Assembly (NCBI GenBank): GCA_944381075.1 | Contig: CALWJT010000029.1 | Span: forward strand, 4,767-68,766 | Source: an uncultured Clostridia bacterium | GTDB taxonomy: Bacteria; Bacillota; Clostridia; Oscillospirales; CAG-272 | Length of the DNA: 64,000 nucleotides | Direction: 5' to 3' | Shown: positions 10,352 through 18,994 of the stretch, one piece after another | Position numbering within the stretch: position 1 is the stretch's first letter | Layout of the letters: every line of letters starts with the position of its first letter | The notes under the pieces: model-generated | Told to the model about the DNA's origin: nothing | What the model saw: the letters and a program-made list of their open reading frames with translations, nothing else | Databases searched by the model: none | Program-made: the position numbers and the translations under genes

Positions 10352-10498
10352 TTTTTTGACAACAACATTCGCCGTTTTTTCATGATTCGATTGATTTTGT
10401 GATCGTTTTGTTTGATTATGACGAGTTTTGATGTCAATTTTGGCAAATTAAACAAATCCTAACAAAAAATTTTGTTTACATTATTTTCCAACTTCTCA

Positions 10499-10527
10499 TT
10501 GCTTTTGGTTCCATATTGTGGTAATAT
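10499..10527 (+). promoter_or_regulatory. Candidate sigma-A promoter for spo0A
   Basis: TTGCTT (10499-10504), a 17-nt spacer ending in TGg, then TAATAT (10522-10527), about 55-70 nt upstream of the spo0A start. This is a pattern match only. Confidence 0.4.
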
Positions 10528-10580
10528 GTTTTTGGAATTTTTCAGATACCAAAAAATCCGACAAAACAAAATTAGTTGAA

Positions 10581-11387
10581 ATGGAGAATGAAACAATGGA
10601 ACAAAGAATCAGAGTACTTATTGCCGACGAAAGTGAAAAATTTAGGAACGAATTGAAAGAAAATCTTTCCCGATACGGGGTGGAAATTGTAGATGAAACG
10701 GATAGCGGCACCGATGTTTTCAGTAAAATAAAACGCGCCTCTCCTGATATTGTACTCATTGACGTTTGGCTCCCTAAGCTGGACACCGTCCAAATCATCA
10801 AGAAGTCCAAGCAGCTATTTTCCAACGCTTCCCTTACGCCGGACTTCATCGTATTTTCCTGCTGCTCAAATCCGAATCTTTTTCAAGAGGCAACCGAAGC
10901 AGGTGCCGCCTACTGCATGCAAAAGCCAATAGATTATGCGGTCCTTTATGAAAGAATCACAAGAATCTGCAAAAACCGCAATATGGTCGCAAGGCCCCGT
11001 TTTGAGCCGGTGCTCCACTATGTTTCCGACCGAAACGACATCGAGGCACAAGTGACCAGCATCATCCATAAGATCGGCGTTCCCGCTCACATCAAGGGAT
11101 ACCAATACCTCAGAACAGCGATCATGATGACCATCGAAAACAGCGATCTTATCAATTCGGTCACAAAAATATTATACCCAACCGTCGCCAAGAAATACCA
11201 GACAACCTCGTCAAGAGTAGAACGTGCCATCCGGCATGCCATCGAGGTCGCTTGGGACAGAGGCGACCTCGATACGCTCAACGCCTACTTTGGATATACC
11301 ATTCAAAATGAGCGAGGGAAGCCGACCAATTCAGAATTCATTGCGATGATTGCAGACAATCTTCGCCTGAAAAATAAAATATCATGA
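10581..11387 (+). CDS. spo0A: Sporulation master regulator Spo0A
   Basis: It has a receiver domain (RVLIADES.., [16 protein letters not shown]). The diagnostic Spo0A C-terminal DNA-binding domain is also present ([20 protein letters not shown]....[15 protein letters not shown]...KPTNSEFIA). The start is either ATG 10581 or ATG 10596, which lies 9 nt after GGAG. The track start at 10518 is probably too far upstream. Confidence 0.95.
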   Translation: MENETMEQRIRVLIADESEKFRNELKENLSRYGVEIVDETDSGTDVFSKIKRASPDIVLIDVWLPKLDTVQIIKKSKQLFSNASLTPDFIVFSCCSNPNLFQEATEAGAAYCMQKPIDYAVLYERITRICKNRNMVARPRFEPVLHYVSDRNDIEAQVTSIIHKIGVPAHIKGYQYLRTAIMMTIENSDLINSVTKILYPTVAKKYQTTSSRVERAIRHAIEVAWDRGDLDTLNAYFGYTIQNERGKPTNSEFIAMIADNLRLKNKIS

Positions 11388-11391
11388 AAAT

Positions 11392-11437
11392 GAAAAACGG
11401 CACATGGAGAAACGAAGCCCATGTGCCGTCATTTTTT
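11392..11437. terminator. Bidirectional rho-independent terminator between convergent spo0A and phoR
   Basis: An 11-bp stem pairs ACGGCACATGG (11397-11407) with CCATGTGCCGT (11419-11429). It is flanked by an A-run upstream and TTTTTT downstream. Confidence 0.8.
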
Positions 11438-11457
11438 CAAAATGCGGAAAGCGTTCT

Positions 11458-13140
11458 TTATTCATTTCGCTGCTGATCTTTGAACGTTACGACAAATTCT
11501 GTGCCAAAGTTCGGCTCGCTTACGACACGGATCTCCGCACCGTGAAGCAATGCCGCATGCTTTACAATGGAAAGGCCGAGACCAGTCCCCCCGACCTCAT
11601 TGGAATGGCTTTTATCTACGCGATAAAAGCGTTCAAAAATCCGAGGAATCTCGTCATGCGGGATTCCAATACCGCCGTCCTTGACAGACAAAGCTACTCC
11701 ATCTTCCATACGAGATAGAGAGATCGCTACATAGCCGTTCGTCTTATTATATTTAATGGCATTGTCACATAGATTGTAAACCATGTCCTCTAAAATAGGG
11801 GCACAGCCATATACGGTTGAATCGTCTGCCTTTACCGTTACGGTAAGATGCTTTTCCTGTGCTGCAACAGAAAGACGTTTGACAACGATATTTATGATTT
11901 TAGACAGCGATACCTGCTCTTTGGCAAAAGCAGGGTTAGCAGAGCCTTCGTCCAGCCGGGAAAGCTTGATGATATCGTTTACCAGCGCGATGAGCCGCTT
12001 GGATTCCGTATATATGTTCCCAGCGAAATGCTGGATGTCCTTTCCTTCGATAAGGCCGCTGCGCAGTACCTCTGCCGTCGCCGATATGGAAGTCAAAGGC
12101 GTTTTCAGCTCATGGGATACGTTAGCTGTAAATTCGCGGCGAAGCTTTTCTCCCTCTTCTTTTTCGGTCACGTCTAAAACAAGAAGAACCGCTCCGACCG
12201 TCTTTGCTCCGTCTTCAATCGGATTGGCGATCAGCTGATAATACCGCTGCCCGCGCGGGATGGTCATCTCTGTATGATATCCGGCAAGCGAACGGGACAC
12301 GACACTTTGAAAATCCGGAGAATCGTCAAAATCGGCGGCATAGATAACGCCCTTGCTGTTTGGATTTACCGCGAATAGGCTTAAGGCGCTCGAATTGTAA
12401 GAAACAACCTCGCCCTGCCTTCCAATGACAAGGAAGCCCTCGCTCATATTTTCGGTAATGGCTTGGAATTCCTCCTGTTTTCTTTTTAAATTCTGCATTT
12501 GCTCTTTGATCTGCCGCTGCAAGGTCGAAATCCGATCCACCAGAGGGGCAAGCTCACGGTAAGGAGAAGCAAGCTTTTCCGGGGTATCCAGCTTTATTCG
12601 ATTGATAGGACCTGCGATGGATGCCGACAGGGCTTTTGCAGCGGAAAGGCTCAGAACTGCGGCAACCAGAAGAAATCCCACTGCCGTTAAAAACGCATAC
12701 AAAAGATACGGAAAGACAGAAGAATACGATTTTGCCACACGGAGGACGCTCCCGTCCGACAATCGCAGGGCAAAATAAAAAGTGCGCTCCATCAGGGTAT
12801 CTGAATAGCGATCGCTTTCTCCGACGCCAGATTCGATCGCCTCTTTTATCTCTTCTCTTTCGGAGTGATTTTCCATTTCACCCGCGTCGGCGCGATTATC
12901 GTAACGAACGCTTCCGTCCGCCGCGATCCATGTAATGCGGGTATCCGTAAGCGTGATTTCCTTTAAAAAATCCGATCCATGAAGTTCACAGGGACCGGAA
13001 ATCGCTTCTGCAAAGGATTTTAGATTGTCCTTGTTCTGATCGATCACATTTCCGTAAAGCACGACGACAATCGCAGCAGAGCTAAGGAGAATCATTATCA
13101 TTAAAAGCAGAAAAACAGAAAGAAATATCTTCCTTTTCAT
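11458..13140 (-). CDS. phoR: Sensor histidine kinase, PhoR-like
   Basis: 560 aa with an N-terminal TM helix, an extracytoplasmic domain, a second TM helix and a PAS-like region. It has an H-box (SHELKTPLTSI) and HATPase motifs (DNAIKY, GGTGLGLSIV). Its ATG overlaps the stop of the response regulator (ATGA), and it sits in the pst-phoU context. Confidence 0.85.
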   Translation of the reverse strand: MKRKIFLSVFLLLMIMILLSSAAIVVVLYGNVIDQNKDNLKSFAEAISGPCELHGSDFLKEITLTDTRITWIAADGSVRYDNRADAGEMENHSEREEIKEAIESGVGESDRYSDTLMERTFYFALRLSDGSVLRVAKSYSSVFPYLLYAFLTAVGFLLVAAVLSLSAAKALSASIAGPINRIKLDTPEKLASPYRELAPLVDRISTLQRQIKEQMQNLKRKQEEFQAITENMSEGFLVIGRQGEVVSYNSSALSLFAVNPNSKGVIYAADFDDSPDFQSVVSRSLAGYHTEMTIPRGQRYYQLIANPIEDGAKTVGAVLLVLDVTEKEEGEKLRREFTANVSHELKTPLTSISATAEVLRSGLIEGKDIQHFAGNIYTESKRLIALVNDIIKLSRLDEGSANPAFAKEQVSLSKIINIVVKRLSVAAQEKHLTVTVKADDSTVYGCAPILEDMVYNLCDNAIKYNKTNGYVAISLSRMEDGVALSVKDGGIGIPHDEIPRIFERFYRVDKSHSNEVGGTGLGLSIVKHAALLHGAEIRVVSEPNFGTEFVVTFKDQQRNE

Positions 13141-13820
13141 ACTGCCTCCGGGACCTTATAGCCCACACCATGAACCGTTTGGATCAGCGCTCCGCATTCT
13201 CCCAGCTTATGTCTGAGAGAACGGATATGAACATCCACGGTACGGCTTTCTCCCGTGAAAGAATATCCCCAAATTTTATTGAGAAGCGTATCGCGGTCAT
13301 AAACGATTCCGCGATTTTCGCAGAGAATCCATAGAAGCTCGAATTCTTTATAGGTAAGCGGGATTTCCTTTCCGTCTACCCGGACAATACGCCGTTCTCT
13401 GTCAATGGAAAGCTTCCCAATGGCAATGCTGTCCTCCGAGGGACCGGAAGATGACATATCGGCGCGTCTGAGAAGCGAGTGGATTCTTGCAATCAGCTCC
13501 ATCATGCCGAAGGGCTTCACGATATAATCATCGGCGCCCGCATCCAGACCGATGACCCGATCGAATTCCGTGTCCTTTGCCGTCAGCATCGCGATGGGAA
13601 TCTTTTTGGTTTCCGGCATGTCACGAAGCTTTTTTAAAATAGAAAGCCCGTCTTCTTCCGGGAGCATGATATCCAGCAGCACAAGGGATGGAAGTCCTTC
13701 CTTCATAGCCCGCCAAAACTCCGAGGGGCGCTCAAAGCCTTTTGCCTCGAGCCCGACGCTTGCGAGCGTATAGACCACAAGCTCTCGGATGCCGCGGTCG
13801 TCCTCTACAAGATAAATCAT
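13137..13820 (-). CDS. phoP: OmpR/PhoB-family response regulator, PhoP-like
   Basis: 227 aa with a receiver domain (LLDIMLPEEDG, KP) and a winged-helix output domain (LTYKEFELL..., RTVDVHIRSLRHKL). It is paired with phoR downstream of pstSCAB-phoU. Confidence 0.85.
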   Translation of the reverse strand: MIYLVEDDRGIRELVVYTLASVGLEAKGFERPSEFWRAMKEGLPSLVLLDIMLPEEDGLSILKKLRDMPETKKIPIAMLTAKDTEFDRVIGLDAGADDYIVKPFGMMELIARIHSLLRRADMSSSGPSEDSIAIGKLSIDRERRIVRVDGKEIPLTYKEFELLWILCENRGIVYDRDTLLNKIWGYSFTGESRTVDVHIRSLRHKLGECGALIQTVHGVGYKVPEAV

Positions 13821-13841
13821 CGGAATCCCCTCTCTTCCCTT

Positions 13842-14504
13842 TTAAATCAGCTGCTGGCCGTTGATGACCAGCTTGAACCGCAGCCCAAGCTTTTCGGCGG
13901 CCTTGCGGCATAAGATCATACGGTTCAAAAAAATTTCAAAATAGTCCATAACGGAACTGAAATTCGGGTCGATCTCAAGTGTCAGAACAATATTTTTTCG
14001 TTCGTCGTCGATGATGAGCTTCGACGATCTGACGGAATAATTGACCCTGTCATGGATATCGAACGCAGAGATGTCCGTGTTCCGCACACGGCTGCGCCGA
14101 ACGTCCGATTTGTCCGCCAGAATCAGAGCTGCCGCCATCGCATTGATGGGAACGCCGGTCCCTTCGTCATGATTGCCGATCGTAGACACGATCTTTGCGA
14201 TGTCGTCGGCCTCCATGCCGAGCTTGTCCAGGATCCGGAAGGCCATCACGGCGCCGCTCTGAGAATGGTCCACGCGGTTGACGAGGTTTCCGATATCATG
14301 CATGTATCCGGCGATCTTCACAAGCTCGATCTCATGCTCATCATAGGAGAGCGTCCTCATGATATATACGGCCGTCTCGCATACCCGCATGACATGCGGA
14401 AAGCTGTGCTCCGTATATCCCAGCGCGGAGAGCGATTCGTCCGCTCTTGTAATATAGGTTTGTATCGCTTTATTATTTTTGATTTCTTCAAATGTAACTG
14501 ACAT
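13842..14504 (-). CDS. HD/HDIG-domain metal-dependent phosphohydrolase
   Basis: 220 aa with the motifs H..HV, GYMHDIGN (HDIG) and GNHDE. AAAGGA precedes the ATG. It is separated by 18 nt from phoU and 21 nt from phoP. Confidence 0.8.
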   Translation of the reverse strand: MSVTFEEIKNNKAIQTYITRADESLSALGYTEHSFPHVMRVCETAVYIMRTLSYDEHEIELVKIAGYMHDIGNLVNRVDHSQSGAVMAFRILDKLGMEADDIAKIVSTIGNHDEGTGVPINAMAAALILADKSDVRRSRVRNTDISAFDIHDRVNYSVRSSKLIIDDERKNIVLTLEIDPNFSSVMDYFEIFLNRMILCRKAAEKLGLRFKLVINGQQLI

Positions 14505-14522
14505 ATCGTATCCTTTAATTTT

Positions 14523-15176
14523 TTATGACATCTCCGTATTGCGATGGGTCCCGGTAATGGAAAATTCTACCCATTCTGCAATGTTGGTCGCATGGTCGGC
14601 GATGCGCTCGAGATATTTCGCAATCATCAGAAGGTCGATGCACACTTCTCCCTTCGTATTGTCCGCAGAGATGATTTCGATCAGCTCTTTCTTGATCGCG
14701 CCGAAAAATCCGTCGACCACGTCGTCGGCGGCGATGACCGATTCTGCAAGCGAAAGATCCCTCTTGACAAAGGAATCCACGCTGTCAGTGACCATCTTGA
14801 CGGCAGCGCCCGCCATGTCCCGCAGATGGATCCGGTTCTTGATATCGGAATTTCCGATAAAAAATGTGATCTCCGCAATGTCCGACGCCTGGTCGCCGAT
14901 GCGTTCCATATCCGAAATCATTTTTAAAGCGGATGAAATCAGACGCAGGTCCTTTGCCACCGGCTGCTGATGCAGAAGCAGCTTCATGCAAAGCGTTTCA
15001 ATATCGCTTTCTTTTCTGTCGATCTGCGAATCTGTTTCAAATACATCGCGTGCAAGCGCAATATTTCCATCCTGAAGCGCACAGATCGCCGTGGAGATCG
15101 CTCGCTCGCAAAGAGCTCCCATCGTGATAAGCTCTCCATTGAGCTTATCCAACTGTTCGTCGAATTTATTTCTCAT
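14523..15176 (-). CDS. phoU: Phosphate signalling complex protein PhoU
   Basis: 217 aa with a duplicated PhoU repeat (E..IDR... and ERIGD/ERIADHATNIAE). Its ATG shares one base with the pstB stop (TAATG). Confidence 0.92.
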   Translation of the reverse strand: MRNKFDEQLDKLNGELITMGALCERAISTAICALQDGNIALARDVFETDSQIDRKESDIETLCMKLLLHQQPVAKDLRLISSALKMISDMERIGDQASDIAEITFFIGNSDIKNRIHLRDMAGAAVKMVTDSVDSFVKRDLSLAESVIAADDVVDGFFGAIKKELIEIISADNTKGEVCIDLLMIAKYLERIADHATNIAEWVEFSITGTHRNTEMS

Positions 15177-15925
15177 TATCCGAACCTCCCCGTAATGTAA
15201 TCCTCCGTGCGTTTGTCCTGCGGCATGGAAAAAATATCATCTGTATTTCCGAACTCTACCATATCTCCGAGCAGGAAAAAGGCGGTCTTATCGGAAATCC
15301 GAAGTGCCTGCTGCATATTATGCGTTACAATCACAATGGTATATTTCTTTTTCAGCTCCAAGGTCAAATCCTCGATCTTGGAAGTGGAAATCGGGTCCAG
15401 CGCGCTTGTTGGCTCATCCATCAAAAGGACCTCCGGCTCGACGGCAAGCGCGCGGGCAATGCAGAGCCGCTGCTGCTGACCGCCGGAGATCCCAAGCGCG
15501 CTCTTATGAAGCCGGTCCTTTAATTCCTCCCACACGGCAGCGTCCCGTAAAGAACGCTCCACAATGTCGTTGAGCTTAGACTTGGAACGGATTCCATGCG
15601 TGCGGGGACCGTACGCAATGTTGTCGTAGATGCTCATGGGAAACGGATTCGGCTTCTGGAAAACCATACCCACACGGCGGCGCAGCATGTTGACATCCAT
15701 ATCTCCGTAGATGGAGGCGCCATCCAGTGTGACATTTCCGGTGATCCGGCATCCCTCGACCAGGTCGTTCATCCGGTTGAGCGTCTTTAAAAGCGTCGAT
15801 TTTCCGCAGCCGGACGGACCGATAAATGCGGTTATCATATTTTCCGGGATATTCAGATTGATATTTTTCAACGCTTGAAAATTCCCGTAATATAAATTCA
15901 AATCTTCTATTTTTATTTTATCCAT
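15176..15925 (-). CDS. pstB: Phosphate ABC transporter ATP-binding protein PstB
   Basis: 249 aa with Walker A (GPSGCGKST), the signature [14 protein letters not shown], Walker B ([11 protein letters not shown]) and a PstB-typical N-terminus. Confidence 0.95.
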   Translation of the reverse strand: MDKIKIEDLNLYYGNFQALKNINLNIPENMITAFIGPSGCGKSTLLKTLNRMNDLVEGCRITGNVTLDGASIYGDMDVNMLRRRVGMVFQKPNPFPMSIYDNIAYGPRTHGIRSKSKLNDIVERSLRDAAVWEELKDRLHKSALGISGGQQQRLCIARALAVEPEVLLMDEPTSALDPISTSKIEDLTLELKKKYTIVIVTHNMQQALRISDKTAFFLLGDMVEFGNTDDIFSMPQDKRTEDYITGRFG

Positions 15926-15974
15926 TTTTTCCTCATCTCATCTTATCATAAAAAAGATTGTCCCGTCAAGATGC

Positions 15975-16874
15975 CTATCTCGTTTTCTTCTCCATTCTGC
16001 GCGTCAAAAGGCCGGATATTATGTTGATAACAAAGACAAATACCAAAAGGACTGCCGCTACGGCATAAGCTGCGTCCATAGACAGGCCCTCGTCCATCAG
16101 CATATACATAAAGACCGAAAGCGTACCGGCGGAATCCATCGGGCTCGTCGCGATACGGGTCCCGCTGCCGGACGTAAAAACCAAGGCCGCGCTTTCTCCG
16201 ACGATCCTCCCGATCGCAAGCACGATACCTGCCAGAATTCCGGGCGCGGCGCTGGGAAGAACGATACGAAACACCGTGCGCAGCTTACCGGCTCCCAGTC
16301 CAAAGCTTCCCTCGCGGTAAAGATCGGGAACGGAGAGAAGCGCCTCCTCCGTCGTACGGATAATCAGCGGGAGCACCATAATGGCAAGCGTCAAAATGCC
16401 GGCGAGCAGCGAATACCGCCATCCGAACGCTTCCACGAACAGGATATTTCCGAAAAGACCGAAAATAATGGAGGGAATCCCCGACAGGGTCTCCGTCGTC
16501 AGACGGATCAGAGAAACGAGCCGGTTCCCCTTTTTTGCATATTCGACAAGATAGATAGCGGAAAAAATCCCGATCGGAACGGCAATGATCAGCGTCGCCG
16601 CAATCATAATCAGCGTGTTGATGAGTGCCGGCAGCATGGAACAGTTCTCCGTCGTAAATTTCCATGAAAACATTTCAAGAGAAAGACTCGGAAGGCCCAT
16701 CACCAAAATATAGGCGATAATAAAAAGGATCATTCCCGCTGCAATGACGGCCGACAATACAACAAGGCAGAACAAAATAAGCGACAGCGGACTTTTGACA
16801 AGCGAACGCCACCGAGAAGCAAGCGTGCGCTTGTTGATGGTAGCATAATTCGGGATCTGCGCCCTTACCTTCAT
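15975..16874 (-). CDS. pstA: Phosphate ABC transporter permease PstA
   Basis: 299 aa multi-pass permease with an EAA-like loop (TTEEALLSVP..REGSFGLGA). It has an ATGA overlap with pstC. Confidence 0.9.
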   Translation of the reverse strand: MKVRAQIPNYATINKRTLASRWRSLVKSPLSLILFCLVVLSAVIAAGMILFIIAYILVMGLPSLSLEMFSWKFTTENCSMLPALINTLIMIAATLIIAVPIGIFSAIYLVEYAKKGNRLVSLIRLTTETLSGIPSIIFGLFGNILFVEAFGWRYSLLAGILTLAIMVLPLIIRTTEEALLSVPDLYREGSFGLGAGKLRTVFRIVLPSAAPGILAGIVLAIGRIVGESAALVFTSGSGTRIATSPMDSAGTLSVFMYMLMDEGLSMDAAYAVAAVLLVFVFVINIISGLLTRRMEKKTR

Positions 16875-17824
16875 GCAGCATCGCCTCCCTTCTTTACAGC
16901 ATGGACTTTCATCTGTTTTCTTTCCTTTTTCTTTTTCCTGCGTTCTTTTCTATCTGCTGAATTTTTTAGAAGAGAGAAAGAAATATTGATAATCATAATA
17001 AAGACGAAAAGAACGGTCCCCGTTGCGATCAGGGCTTCCTTATGCAGTCCTGTCGCGTATCCCATTTCCATAATGACATTGGCCGTCAGCGTCCTGACTT
17101 GAGAGATCACGCTGCTTGGAAAAATCGGCGAGTTTCCCGCGATCATGACGACCGCCATCGTTTCTCCAATGGCGCGTCCGACCCCTAAAATGACCCCGGC
17201 AAAGATCCCTGACTTTGCCGCGGGGATACAGGTGAAAAAGATGCTTTTTTCATGGGTGGCGCCGAGCGCCAAGGCACCCTCGTAATAGCTTTTCGGAAGC
17301 GCACGCAGCGCAGATTCCGAAACACCGACAATGGTAGGCAGGATCATGAGACCAAGCAGCAGAGACGCCGTCAGTATCCCCATGCCGCTGCCTCCGAACA
17401 GCCCCCGAACTGCCGGTACGATCACCACGAGCGCAAAAAAGCCGTATACGATCGAGGGAATCCCGGCAAGCAGCTCAACCGCAGGCTTTAAAATCCGATA
17501 AAGCGCCGGCGGACAATAATAGGCGAGAAAAACAGCGGCGAGAATCCCCAGCGGCACGCCGACGATAATCGCGCCCGCCGTCACATAAATGCTTCCGACG
17601 ATCATCGTGAGGATCCCATATTGTCCGGCGGTAGGACGCCAAGTCGTCCCGAACAAGAACTCGAAAAATCCGATTTCCGTGATAGCCGGAAAGCCGCCCG
17701 CAAACAAAAAAATACAGATTACGACAACAGACAAAATGGAGATGCAGGCGCAGAGAAGAAACAGGACCTTCATCGCCGTCTCTTTGATTCTGCTTAATTT
17801 TCCTTTTTTACTTTCCTGATTCAA
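16871..17824 (-). CDS. pstC: Phosphate ABC transporter permease PstC
   Basis: 317 aa multi-pass permease with VSESALRALP..YEGALALGA. The TTG start at 17824 is tentative; the alternative is ATG at 17773. Confidence 0.88.
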   Translation of the reverse strand: MNQESKKGKLSRIKETAMKVLFLLCACISILSVVVICIFLFAGGFPAITEIGFFEFLFGTTWRPTAGQYGILTMIVGSIYVTAGAIIVGVPLGILAAVFLAYYCPPALYRILKPAVELLAGIPSIVYGFFALVVIVPAVRGLFGGSGMGILTASLLLGLMILPTIVGVSESALRALPKSYYEGALALGATHEKSIFFTCIPAAKSGIFAGVILGVGRAIGETMAVVMIAGNSPIFPSSVISQVRTLTANVIMEMGYATGLHKEALIATGTVLFVFIMIINISFSLLKNSADRKERRKKKKERKQMKVHAVKKGGDAA

Positions 17825-17861
17825 ACCGATTATCCCTGACCTTTCCTTCCTTGAAATCTTG

Positions 17862-17912
17862 AACGAAAACAGCCGAAAAGCCGGATGGAATCGTGACTCC
17901 CGACTTTTCGGC
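17862..17912 (-). terminator. Intercistronic hairpin/attenuator between pstS and pstC
   Basis: On the minus strand, AGCCGAAAAGTCGGG...CCGGCTTTTCGGCT forms a roughly 13-bp interrupted stem followed by GTTTTCGTT. Its position after pstS fits differential pstS expression, but that role is an inference. Confidence 0.5.
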
Positions 17913-17932
17913 TATTGCCAAACCGATGGTTC

Positions 17933-18793
17933 TCAGCCGATCTCATCCCATGAGGTGATTTCGCCGAGATAAATGTTTTTGATTTGTTCCGAGGTAAGAG
18001 AATCAATCGAAGAATCCAGATTGACGATCACGGCAATTCCATCCGTTGCAATGGTAGTGGCGACAAGTCCTTCCGCAAGCTCGCTGTCCGCTACTTCGCG
18101 GGATGCCATACCGATGTCGACATTTCCGCTGATGGCATCGCTGATCCCCGTGCCGGAGCCGTTCTGCTGTACGTCAAATTCAACCTCCGGATAGATCGCG
18201 CTGTAAGCCTCTGTAAGCTTCAGCATGACAGGTCCTACCGAAGTGGAACCGCCGATTGCGAGTCTGCCGGAGAAGCCTTCCTCCTGCTGCTGATAAGATG
18301 CGGCGTTTGAGTCTGCCGCGATGTACCCTTCATCCGTCAGGATTTTCTGCCCTTCCGCGCTCATGATAAAGCGGATGAAGTCTGCCTCCAGCCCTTCGTC
18401 TGCTTCGCCCTTCGTTACAATATTGAAAGGACGCGCGACTTTATAAGAGCCGTTGAGAATATTGTCAACGGACGCCTCAACGCCGTCTACCTTGATTGCC
18501 TTTACGCTGTCGTCAAGAGAGCCAAGAGAGATATAGCCGATGGCGTTGACATCGCCCGCGACCGTCGTTCTGACCGTGGAGGTCGATCTCTGCTGAACGG
18601 CTGTCGGTGTGATGCCGTCGACTTCTTCCCCGTTCTGCTCGACGGTGATGCCCAAAAGCTCGACGAATGCGCTGCGGGTACCGGAACTTTCCTCGCGCGT
18701 TACGACTGTGATCTGTGCGGACGCATCGCCGCAGGAGGCAAATGCGCCTACCAAAAGAGAGAGTGTCAGCAAAACCAATACAATTTTTTTCAT
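17933..18793 (-). CDS. pstS: Phosphate-binding lipoprotein PstS
   Basis: 286 aa with a signal peptide and lipobox (LVGAFASC). It has a periplasmic-binding-protein fold with SSGT..., GSGTG and TSWDEIG-type motifs, and is the first gene of the pst operon. Confidence 0.9.
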   Translation of the reverse strand: MKKIVLVLLTLSLLVGAFASCGDASAQITVVTREESSGTRSAFVELLGITVEQNGEEVDGITPTAVQQRSTSTVRTTVAGDVNAIGYISLGSLDDSVKAIKVDGVEASVDNILNGSYKVARPFNIVTKGEADEGLEADFIRFIMSAEGQKILTDEGYIAADSNAASYQQQEEGFSGRLAIGGSTSVGPVMLKLTEAYSAIYPEVEFDVQQNGSGTGISDAISGNVDIGMASREVADSELAEGLVATTIATDGIAVIVNLDSSIDSLTSEQIKNIYLGEITSWDEIG

Positions 18794-18857
18794 AAAACGT
18801 TTGCCTTTCTTTTTTCTGTGATATTTTTTATTGGCTGACCCTATTTTGCCTTTTGAA

Positions 18858-18899
18858 TGTAAAATCCAAAACCAAGGTGATGTAAAATCTATGTAAAAT
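18858..18899 (-). promoter_or_regulatory. Pho-box-like direct repeats upstream of pstS
   Basis: Read on the minus strand, ATTTTACA occurs three times (plus-strand TGTAAAAT at 18858, 18881 and 18892). Two copies are exactly 11 bp apart. This matches the TT(A/T/C)ACA repeat logic of Firmicute PhoP boxes, 65-105 nt upstream of the pstS ATG. Confidence 0.6.
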
Positions 18900-18962
18900 T
18901 CATAGTTTGTTCAATCTTTTCTGAAAAAAGATTCCTCTCTCGTTATTTTTCTTTCTCGTATC

Positions 18963-18992
18963 AAAAAGCTGCCGTAGAAAACGGCAGCTTTT
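18963..18992 (-). terminator. Rho-independent terminator after the GH78-like gene
   Basis: AAAAGCTGCCG (18964-18974) pairs with CGGCAGCTTTT (18982-18992) around a 7-nt loop. A T-run follows on the minus strand, and the hairpin lies 2 nt after the stop codon. Confidence 0.8.
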
Positions 18993-18994
18993 CC

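Noticed and set aside
10352-10498. A sigma-H type sporulation promoter or an ispF terminator upstream of spo0A.
   Set aside because: I could not find an RNAGGAWWW-N11-12-RNNGAAT match or a credible hairpin. Only a sigma-A-like promoter candidate was retained.
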